Part shown: piece after piece, positions 11,040-20,163 of the stretch
How positions within the stretch are numbered: the first letter of the stretch is position 1
How the letters are laid out: every line of letters begins with the position of its first letter
Assembly: GCA_023205875.1 (NCBI GenBank)
Contig: CP060766.1
Span: forward strand, 496,001-560,000
Reading direction: 5' to 3'
Source of the DNA: Chloropicon primus
Taxonomy: Eukaryota
DNA length: 64,000 bases
Position numbers and translations under genes: made by a program
Notes under the pieces: model-generated
Seen by the model: the letters and a program-made list of their open reading frames with translations, nothing else
What the model was told of the DNA's origin: nothing
The model's database searches: none

Positions 11040-13060
11040 AAATAATATCAAGTATTTTGCTCGGCAAATTCTTTAGTAAGACAGTATATAAAGAATCTAA
11101 TTGGGATTCCTTGAATATTCACGTATGGTTCTCGCCACCCACTGTCGATTGTTAACATCCTTTTCGAAGCGCAGCTTTATAAAACTTGTGCGGCGCGCAT
11201 GACACATCATGATGCACTCCTAAAGCTTCCAATCTGGCTGGAATTATCTTTTCAGAATGACTGTGTCTTGGATTCGCTTCAAAAGATGAGTCGTTTGAAG
11301 TACCTTCACTTAACAGCAGACCTAAACATCCTTTCCCACAATTATCTGCCTCCCATACAAAAAACTACAGAAGTATTTCGACCTTGTCCAGTAGCACATA
11401 TTCTTTCCCGACGCCAAAATTTCCATAGAATGGTTATCGGTAACAATACATCGATGTGCATGCTACTAACTGAACCATTCTCTGACTGAAACAACAACAA
11501 AAAAAACAATTTGTTTTCAATGGCATTCAACATGATGATGATGATGATGATGCTCCAATTAAATCTTCTTAACATAGTTTCTTTTCATTTATAGCCTTAA
11601 AGCAAAATCCTATTGGGAACCGCATTTATCATAAATGCATTTTATTATCATTTATTATTTACCAAATAATACCCGTTTTTCTTCCGTTCCACAATGTATC
11701 AGATTATGACAAGTTTGTGTTCTCGTCTTCCATTTTACGCTGCGACAAAAAGGCATATTCATATTCTAGCCAGTCACACCTACTCTTATCGAGCAAAAAT
11801 CGACTATCACTCAGTAGCCTTTTCTCACGGCACGACTTCACAAAAGCAATATGTAAAATTTTAGTTTAAAGAGGAAAGCACCAAGCGTTACGTTGCGCCT
11901 GGTGAAGTGATACTTCGAGCAATATATATTACGCAATAATAGACATTTCGACAAATAAAAACGTATATTTATGTTCTTTTATTCTACTACCCCGACACGA
12001 ATGAAAAGTTGACTGGAGAAAAGGACAGCACCCTTCATTTTTAAATAATGCTTGACGTAATCGGATCCAAATATGAAAAGAGATGCTGACACCATCAACT
12101 TGTCTAGGCTTTGTATTGTTTAATTTCCAATGACAACAGGCTAGGTTGCAAATATCAATAAGAAATCAACATCATAAGAAAGGATAAAAGTTCTACCAGG
12201 GTAGAACTTTTATCCTGGTAGGCATTGACCTTCTTTTTCAAGTGAACGAAAATGCTTTCCTTCCAAGCCTGTCAAGAAGTCGATCTCTTAGTACATGGCA
12301 GTATTTCAAAAAACTGTATGATAGCCTAATACGTATACATCTTTCCCGCCCATCGTATTCCTTGGTCAACCCCCCATAAATATATAAACGCCTAAAGGTA
12401 AAACATTCTTCATTACTCAATTTAAAAGTCGTTGAGAAGTTATTTATTTATTTAATGAAATCATATCAAGATTATCTCACGTTCTAATATTGAATGAGGA
12501 ACGAAAGATATATGCTTTTTTTTTGTTATTTGTTTCTACCCACTTCAACCGTAGCTTTGCCCTATCATAACAGCTGCTCAAAAGGTATTTGGAATGTATC
12601 CGTTTGCTTTGCGCATTGCTTTCCTCCTTGATTTGATGGTTAGTATGTTGACTGTCCGATATAAAGTCGTGGTCTTGAAGTTATTCATAAATAAATAGAA
12701 AATATTAACTTGATATATTGATGATGAGTCTCCGTATTCTTTTTTTTTCTGATAATAAACGAGTAGCGAATAAGAAAAACAGATAGAGGATTGAACTCAT
12801 ATTCTTTTCTTGAAGTTTTTTTGAATGAACGCCTGCGCTGCTCGTGGCCAAGGGCGTACGACTCTCCAAGCCCTAATGATAACAATGCTTTATTATTTGT
12901 TATTGCAGTTTGAGTTAGTGGCCGTCACTGCATGAACGCTTAAATGTCGTGGGGAAAGTTACACAACATTCTGCATGCATTTAATTTCCACATAGAGTGA
13001 TAGGCGAATGAGCAGTTGTCGTGGACGCGCGCGCGCAAGAAGTGATGTATGCGAGGCAAC
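11040..13060. other. AT-rich gene-free island (~2 kb); candidate centromere or decayed foreign insertion
   Basis: Hand-counted 60-mers at 11581, 11641 and 12421 have 19, 16 and 13 G+C of 60 against GC-rich flanks; only short non-informative ORFs; lies between convergent genes. Confidence 0.6.
12181..12216. repeat. Perfect inverted repeat with 17 bp arms and a 2 nt spacer
   Basis: AGGATAAAAGTTCTACC-AG-GGTAGAACTTTTATCCT. Confidence 0.95.
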
Positions 13061-13126
13061 ACAGCACCTCACCACCACACACACACAACACACTTCCTCT
13101 CCTCGTCGCCAACTGCTAACCTTGAA

Positions 13127-14557
13127 TTATTTCACAAATCTATAGTGGTCGCTTATTTCCTTTTTGTCGTCACTCCAGCTGCTGTCAATCGCCAATTCTT
13201 TCACTTTGGACTCGAATGATGCACAATGCTCCTTGGTGACTTCCACGAGGTTGCTGCAAGCTTCCACGTAAAGGGTGGAGGAGGGCAAATCGGCCATGTC
13301 TTTAACCAGGTGCGCATTCCTGCACCCCACGATGACAAATTCGTACTTTGGATCGGTCTTCTTGGTTCTCATCTTCTCCCCGGTTGAGAACTTCAGCCTT
13401 ACTTGTTTCATGGGCTCCTCTATGGTTTTGTACTGCTCGACGACGTGGATGGCGAGCTTGGCGAGGCCATCCTCGGCGGTCAGATTACACGCGCAGAGGT
13501 TGCCAGAGGAGTTCACTCTCGACAGTACAGTTTTGCCGAAGAAGCTCAAGTTCGCCTTCGAGACGTCCACCGCCGTGTGCTGAAACTGCTTGTTGACCCT
13601 TTTGAAGAGCCTTTCCTTCTCCTGCTCGTCCCACGAGTCCAGCCCAAACGAAGAGTACGGCGGGTTCTGAATATCACCAAAGTAACCGTAAGCCGAGACG
13701 CTTGCGCCCTTGGCATTCATATTCCTGTCCTTGTACTGCTCCAGGCGGCTTGCTATTGTTGACATGAGCGTCCGGTTCGGAGCGTCGTACTTCTTATCCC
13801 TGAACTCGTGAGAGTTGCCCGACATCCTCCACCTGCGAAAGTGGACGTGGTGTATGATCGACTTGTTCGACTTGATCACGTTGTTCTCCCCCTCCTCGTC
13901 CTTGCCACTGAGACGCATGTGGTAGTCCCAATCGATCAAGTTCTTTCGAAAGTCGTACCTGTCGCCGTAGAGCTTCCTCGCTCGATAGTCCCACAAGGCT
14001 TGGGCGTTCACCTCCTTCGTCATCCTCCACGATTTGAAGACGCGAAGCAGCTCGTCCTTTTCCTGGTACTTGAGCTCGGAAACGTCAAAGTATCGAAGAA
14101 GAGACCCGGACTGAGCAGGCTTCAGGCTTGTGATCCAATCTTCAAGCTGCTTGGCGTAGGCGTCCACGGCCTTCTCGGCTTTCCCGGTGAGCTCCAAGTT
14201 CCCGTGAACTTCCAAGAAGAGCTCGACCCTTTCCTTGAGGTCCACTTGGGTGTCCAGAGCAATGTGCAAGAGAAGCATCTGCCTCGCAAGAAGCTCGACT
14301 TCCTTCTCGTAAATCTTGAATCCCATGACGAGTCCTTGCCCGCTTTGCCCTCGGAACAGAGAAGAGAGCGTGCGGAGCACGTGCCTGCAATCTCCAGCGC
14401 ACACCTGCAGTGCCCAGATCTCCTTCCCCTTGGGGTTGCTGTCCTCTCCCTCTTGAACAACTTGAAGGCGTCCAACGTCTGCTTCACTCCCGGCGTCTCC
14501 CAGCAAGTCCAATGCAGAAGAGTAACCCCACAAGAAGTGTGCACCGAGTTTATCCAT
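13127..14557 (-). CDS. DNAAF3: Axonemal dynein assembly factor 3 (PF22)
   Basis: WGYSSALDL, GDCRHVLRT, ELLARQMLL, RYDFRKNLIDWDYHMRL, PNRTL, YGYFGDIQNPPYSSFG. Confidence 0.88.
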   Translation of the reverse strand: MDKLGAHFLWGYSSALDLLGDAGSEADVGRLQVVQEGEDSNPKGKEIWALQVCAGDCRHVLRTLSSLFRGQSGQGLVMGFKIYEKEVELLARQMLLLHIALDTQVDLKERVELFLEVHGNLELTGKAEKAVDAYAKQLEDWITSLKPAQSGSLLRYFDVSELKYQEKDELLRVFKSWRMTKEVNAQALWDYRARKLYGDRYDFRKNLIDWDYHMRLSGKDEEGENNVIKSNKSIIHHVHFRRWRMSGNSHEFRDKKYDAPNRTLMSTIASRLEQYKDRNMNAKGASVSAYGYFGDIQNPPYSSFGLDSWDEQEKERLFKRVNKQFQHTAVDVSKANLSFFGKTVLSRVNSSGNLCACNLTAEDGLAKLAIHVVEQYKTIEEPMKQVRLKFSTGEKMRTKKTDPKYEFVIVGCRNAHLVKDMADLPSSTLYVEACSNLVEVTKEHCASFESKVKELAIDSSWSDDKKEISDHYRFVK

Positions 14558-15040
14558 CGTAACGCCCGCCAGAGGTCAACCACTCGCGCTCAAGCAAACA
14601 AGGCACCACCTTCACACACAAAGACGCAGAGGCCAAAGTGTGTGTGTGTGTGTTTGTGTGAGGGAGAGAGGAAGAGGAAGAGGAAGAAGTGAGTGAGCAA
14701 GTGGCTGAAGGACAGGAAAAGGCGGACAGTCCGTTGTCTTGCCTTACCTCTCCTCCCCAGAGTCCTTTGCTTGGGCCAAGACTGCCGCCTTGGTTCCCGC
14801 CCTGACAAGAGCTGTCGTTTTGAGAAGGTGCTGGTCCCATGCGTTTGAGAGAGAGAGAGAGAGAGAGAGAGAAGAAGGCAGGATGCGGTGGGTTTGGCCT
14901 GGTCTGGCTTGGTTGAAGGTGCAACAAATGGTATATAATAATAACAGCAGCTCGCTTCATTTGCCGACTTGACGCTAGACACAGGGAAGCGGCAGTCAAA
15001 AGTTAAGCTAAGCTTAGGGACAGTTTGGTTCCCGCTTTAG

Positions 15041-16316
15041 CTAAGCAAAGAGAGTTTTCATCTTTGCGACCATTTCCTCCATTCCCTCCATTCTTTCCTT
15101 CATGGCATCCAGCTCCTCCTTGAGCCTTCTGTTCTCCTCCTCCAAGGCAGGAGAGGCCTCGATCCCCTTGGTGTTCTCGGCCTTGGTCACAGCCTCTTGA
15201 ACGACCTCGTTTTCGTCATCAATGAGCTCGTAGTCATAGTCCTCGTCGCCATCTGCGGAGGAACCCTGTGACTCTTCGAGAAAGTCCTCCAGAACAAAGT
15301 CGTCATCCTCGTCGTCGCTGGCAGCCTGCTTCGCAGCCGGCTTGTGCTGCTCAGCGCCACCGTCATCCAAATCATCACCGAGATCGTAATCGTAGTCGTC
15401 GGCCTCGGGGTCCACCTCAGCGAGGTCACCGCCACCGCTGACCATGAACTTATCGAAGACTGGGTCTCCGTTCTCCAAGTGAACCTTGTAGTCGTCCTCG
15501 CACTTCTGAATGAACTCGTCGATCTTCTCCTCGTCAGGAATACCCTCGTAAGTGTGGTAGTCCTTGTCCGAGTGGAAGCACATGAAAGTCGGCACGAGGG
15601 TGAAAGGATACCTGTCACACATGGGCTGCTGCTTCATGCAGTTCACAGCACCGAAGCGGACGTACTCGGACTGCGCGTACTTGGTCGTAAGAAGCTTCCA
15701 CTTTGGAGCCATGTTCTGGCAGTAGGTGCACCAAGGAACGTAGAACTCCACGACCCAAGCCTCCTTCCTCCAGAGCAAGGACAAGATATTCGAGTTGTCG
15801 ATCTTCACGATGTTCCTGCTCTCCCCATAGAAGTCACTCAGCTCCAAGTCCTCCCCGAGGACCTCCACCTCGTTTGGGTGATCGAACCCCTTGCCGTCGA
15901 GCTCGTCCAGCACAATCCTGCGCTCCGGATCGATCAAGGTCTCGTACGCTATCCTGAGCTCCTTGAAGGCTTCCTCGCTTCCCTCCTCCTTGTCCGGATG
16001 AAGAATCTGAACGCAGCAGCAGTCAAAGCCGAAGAATCAGTCCACCGAATCAAGATTACTTTCAACAAACACGAACCAACACGAGACACATTTGCCATTG
16101 ACCTGTGCGCCCGTGACTTACCAAGCTTTTCTCCTTGAATATTCTCTTGATTTCTTTGTCCGTGGTCCACTTGTCGACTCCAAGGATCTTGTACGCGGTC
16201 TTCTCCGTCATCGGCTCGACGTCTTCGTCGTTACCGTCCATCGCCAGACATAACGGCAGAGACACCAACGCCGCGAGGCACATGACCACCAGCACAAGAC
16301 GCTTCCAAGACGCCAT
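15041..16316 (-). CDS. ER-type DnaJ plus thioredoxin-domain protein; exons 16316-16122 and 16006-15041
   Basis: Signal peptide; J-domain AYKILGV...LHPDK reconstituted by a GTAAGT..CAG intron; EFYVPWCTYC motif; acidic and coiled-coil tail. Confidence 0.85.
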
Positions 16317-17067
16317 CTTTGGACACTGTTCTCTTCCAGAGTAAGCGGAAGAAAAGAGTCAAATAAACAACGGAGAAGGAGGCAAACAAAAGGGTGTTGA
16401 GGTTTGACCGGAGCCAGGGGTAAGGTCAATGTGTTTCTCCTTTGGGTTTCCTCGGCGATGACACCAAGGTCTTGCTGCGGTTGCTGCCGGAAAGGAAAAG
16501 GAAAGGGGAACTAAAGCTGATGCCACCTCACCTCGCCGTTCCGCAGCCAAAGGGGCGCGATGCTTTCTTGTAGAATTTCCATCCTAGGGAACGTCAGAGG
16601 ACGACGTGCACCATTCTTCCAATCACATCAATTATCCTAACAAGACGAAGTCTCGCGTCGCAAAAATGCTACGTATGACGTTCGTTTTCCAACTGTACGA
16701 CGATTTCGCGCCAACGGAGGTGGCGTTCAATTTTTTGGGCTTTTCACGCGCGCGCGAGAGAGAGAGGAGAGGTGGGAAGGCAACCACTTGACCGCTTGTG
16801 TTGGCGCAGCATCCAGGAGCACCCGAAAGGAAGGGCGAGACACATTATTGTGTGAATTGTTTTTTTTGTGTGCTCCACACCCCCCCAACTCACGAGCCTC
16901 ACAAAGCTTTGGGCTTTAGGCGCCGGAAGGGCAAGTGTAGGCACCCAGAGGAGGCGAGCGGGTGTGTGGGAACCCACCAGAGGGACACGACGGAGCGGAT
17001 AAGAGCAAGGCGGAGAGAATAATCGACACAGACGGACGCATACGTACCTAGCAGGACTGTCGTCACC

Positions 17068-18012
17068 ATGGTTCTCGTGTACCAAGAGCCCGTGCGAGTG
17101 AAGTATTACGCAAACTGGCACTCCTTTGCTGCAGCGTTTCGCGTGGGGAACCTCCTAAGTGTGATAGCCCTGGCCCTGGTCACGACGTACGTCACGGGGT
17201 CGATGTGGGTGAAGACGAGGGTGTCTCACGAGCAGCCCGACGTGGTGTTCGACTCGAACGTCGTCATGGTTTTGGAGGGGGGGGAGACCTCGGAGGACGT
17301 GTGGTTCTGGAGCACGCTACCCAACTTGAACAGGGCCTTTGAGACGAGGTTTGTCTCCACGGACCTCTCCGTGACGCAGGAGGACTTCAACTTTGACGGA
17401 AAGGCGGACGCCATCAGGATCAAGATGGTTTCCAACGTGGGAGCCAAGGTCCAGGGAGTCAAGGTCCTGGCACAGTTCGAGTACAAGTTGAGGGAAAGGG
17501 TGCACATGAACATGAAGTCCTTGGCGTACGTGGAGCACGGAGCGGGCATGCCAGGCAAGGCCCTCTTCGCGGACGGCTCCCTCGCCCTGCGGCAACAGGA
17601 CCCGCTCCCGGACGGCTCCACGAGGAGGGAGTACCTCTCGGACTTGCTCGTGGACGGAGAGCCGGACGGGGTCTTGCAAGCGTCGTCCAAGCTGAGGGTC
17701 AACGCCATGCTGGAAGAATACTTTTTCAGGAACGAGACCACGGTCTTCGACACGAATTACGAGTCTTGGCAGGCGGGGGACGCGGCTCACGGAGGGTTCG
17801 AGACCAACATTCTGTTGAGGGTCCCCTCGAGCCAGGCCTTGGTGTACACGCCGAGCACGATCGAGATCCTCAAGTTCGGCTGGATCCAGTTCCTCGCGTC
17901 CTTCGTGGTCTTCTTCTGGCTCCTTTCGTACTGGGAGTGGTACGTCTTCCACTACAGGATACTCGAGACCCGGATGAAGACGGAGCTCAAATCGAAGCTC
18001 AAGTCCTTCTAG
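17068..18012 (+). CDS. TMEM231: Ciliary transition-zone protein TMEM231
   Basis: Two terminal TM helices; WVKTRVSHEQPDV, EDFNFDGKAD and YTPSTIEILKFGWIQF match the family pattern. Confidence 0.85.
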   Translation: MVLVYQEPVRVKYYANWHSFAAAFRVGNLLSVIALALVTTYVTGSMWVKTRVSHEQPDVVFDSNVVMVLEGGETSEDVWFWSTLPNLNRAFETRFVSTDLSVTQEDFNFDGKADAIRIKMVSNVGAKVQGVKVLAQFEYKLRERVHMNMKSLAYVEHGAGMPGKALFADGSLALRQQDPLPDGSTRREYLSDLLVDGEPDGVLQASSKLRVNAMLEEYFFRNETTVFDTNYESWQAGDAAHGGFETNILLRVPSSQALVYTPSTIEILKFGWIQFLASFVVFFWLLSYWEWYVFHYRILETRMKTELKSKLKSF

Positions 18013-18408
18013 CCTGGGCACTGCTCTTTCTTTCTTTCCCCCGAGAGAGGAAGGAGGTAGAGCGGAGGAGGAAGCGACTGTACACTAGGGAAGGATGGAA
18101 ATGGCGACCGACCGCATGAACACACTTCATTGTAACAAAGAACAAAACACAAACCCGGACACACCGACCACGCCTCGACTCCTTTTCCTTCCCCAAAGCC
18201 AACCGCTCCAGCCTCCAAATCCGTGACTGGAATCTCGGCATCGCTAAAGGTCAGCAGGAGATTCTACCGCCGGCGGGCGTTATGGCGGTTACAAACACAG
18301 ACTTCTTCCTCGGGAGACGACGACGGCGAGGGCAGTTTCGAGGACGGCTTCGCACGCGAGGTCTACCCCCTCCACCGCTCTTGATTGTTGCCCTGCCGAT
18401 CACGAGAG

Positions 18409-20013
18409 ATGGACCTGAGCTTGCAAGACGCGGACGAAGTCTTCCAGAGCGCGAGGCGTGAGAGGGAGAGGGAGGAGGGCCACGACGACGACGACGACAA
18501 GAAGTGCGCGCCGCTCGGATGGCTCCGCTACTACGTCAGGGTGGGCCTGATTCCGGGATTCGGCTTGTTCTCGGAGTCCTACCTGCTCTTCATCTTCAAC
18601 CAAGTTGGAGGGCCGTTCAAGGAGCACTCTCCGTGGACGACTTGCTATGACAGCGAGAGGGACGGGTACGTGAAGATGGCCAGCTTGGTCGGAGTGGTCG
18701 CCGGGATGGTCGTCTTTGGCCTGCTTGCGGACGGGTTGGGAAGGAGGCTCGGCTCGATCACGACGAACGTTCTGATGCTTCTCGGTGCGATCTTCCTCAC
18801 CGCGGCGAGCCCTGCGCCCTTTCCCGAGGGGGACGAGGGGGACTGCAACACCTTCTTTTGGTGGATCGCCGTGTCCTACTTTGTGTTCGGGGTGGGCGTG
18901 GGAGGAGAGTACCCGCTCTCAGCCTCGATCGCGAGCGAGAGAACGATGGCAGAAAAGTCCAGCGCGACCAGGGGGAGGGACATTCTGCTCTGCTTCGCGT
19001 GCCAGGGCTTGGGCCAAAACCTGGGCAACGCGGTGTTCTTCTTCCTGACCCTCGGCTGCACCGCGAAGGGGACGTGCGCGGAGCCAGACACGGTGGCGAT
19101 GAACTACAGGGTGTCGATGGGCATCTCCATCGTGTTTCTCCTTGGCCTCCTCCCGTATCGTTTGACGAGAACGGAGAGCAGGCAGTACGAGGAACTGAAA
19201 CGTCAAACGATACGGCAGGGCCTCGCTACCCCGGGGTACATCACGATCTTCAAGCAGTACGGCGTCCGACTGATTGGGACGGCTGGATCGTGGTTTCTTT
19301 GGGACATTATAATGTACGGCAACAGCTTGTTCAGCAAGGAGGTCACCGCGCAAGTGAACGCAGGCTTGGGTGCAGTCCAAATCACGGGATTCACATGGCT
19401 CTACGTCGTGGTTGCTTTGCCCGGGTACTTCCTGGCCGCCTTCACGGTCGACCGTGCATGGATGGGACGGAAGACGCTCCAGTGGTGCGGGTTCGTCTTC
19501 GTCGGATTGCTCTTCTTCCTCATTGGTGGCTTCATGCCGATTTTGGAGGAGTCCAACACGGGAGTTTTCGTTTTCCTGTACTGTCTGGCGACCTTCTTCT
19601 ATCAATTTGGGCCCAACTCGACCACCTTCTTGATCCCAGCGGAAGTGTACGCGACTCCAGTGAGAGCGAGGTGCCACGGAATTTCTGCAATGAGTGGCAA
19701 GCTCGGCGCGCTCGTGGGCGAGCAGGGCATAGCCCAGATGCTCAATACCATTGGACTCACGCCCATGTTTTACGTGATGGGAGGGGTCAGCCTCGCCGGG
19801 GCTCTGTTGACGATATTTTTGGTCCCCGACTCCAGAACAATCAACCTCGAAATGGAGGACCAGACATTCGTCCGAGGCTGGCTCGGAGAGGAGGCCGGAC
19901 AGAAATTCTTTGCCCAATCGCAACAAAACATGGATGCCGTGGACCAGCTGGAGAAGAACTTGTCTCTGGAACTCGCTGAGACCATGGCGAGCACGGCACC
20001 GGAGCCCGTTTAA
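18409..20013 (+). CDS. MFS phosphate:H+ symporter family (PHT1/Pho84-like)
   Basis: ADGLGRR, GVGVGGEYPLSA, FGPNSTTF..PAE, RARCHGISAMSGKLGA; about 12 TM segments. Confidence 0.88.
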   Translation: MDLSLQDADEVFQSARREREREEGHDDDDDKKCAPLGWLRYYVRVGLIPGFGLFSESYLLFIFNQVGGPFKEHSPWTTCYDSERDGYVKMASLVGVVAGMVVFGLLADGLGRRLGSITTNVLMLLGAIFLTAASPAPFPEGDEGDCNTFFWWIAVSYFVFGVGVGGEYPLSASIASERTMAEKSSATRGRDILLCFACQGLGQNLGNAVFFFLTLGCTAKGTCAEPDTVAMNYRVSMGISIVFLLGLLPYRLTRTESRQYEELKRQTIRQGLATPGYITIFKQYGVRLIGTAGSWFLWDIIMYGNSLFSKEVTAQVNAGLGAVQITGFTWLYVVVALPGYFLAAFTVDRAWMGRKTLQWCGFVFVGLLFFLIGGFMPILEESNTGVFVFLYCLATFFYQFGPNSTTFLIPAEVYATPVRARCHGISAMSGKLGALVGEQGIAQMLNTIGLTPMFYVMGGVSLAGALLTIFLVPDSRTINLEMEDQTFVRGWLGEEAGQKFFAQSQQNMDAVDQLEKNLSLELAETMASTAPEPV

Positions 20014-20163
20014 ATCCTCTTCACGGGACAACAACAATTGTAAACCACCTTTTTATTCTGCAATCAAACCATTACCTTTGAGAACGATTGCGACCGATGC
20101 CCTCCCTCCTCTGCTGATCTGATCTCTGATCTCTAGCTGCTGCAGATTATTTTCTGGATAGAG

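Noticed and set aside
11199..11575. Short ORFs on both strands in the AT island
   Set aside because: Composition unlike the real genes and no recognisable domain
12238..12420. Short ORF in the AT island containing LDRLGR, reminiscent of serine recombinases
   Set aside because: Only 60 codons, non-ATG start, and no catalytic YxRVS motif nearby; likely chance
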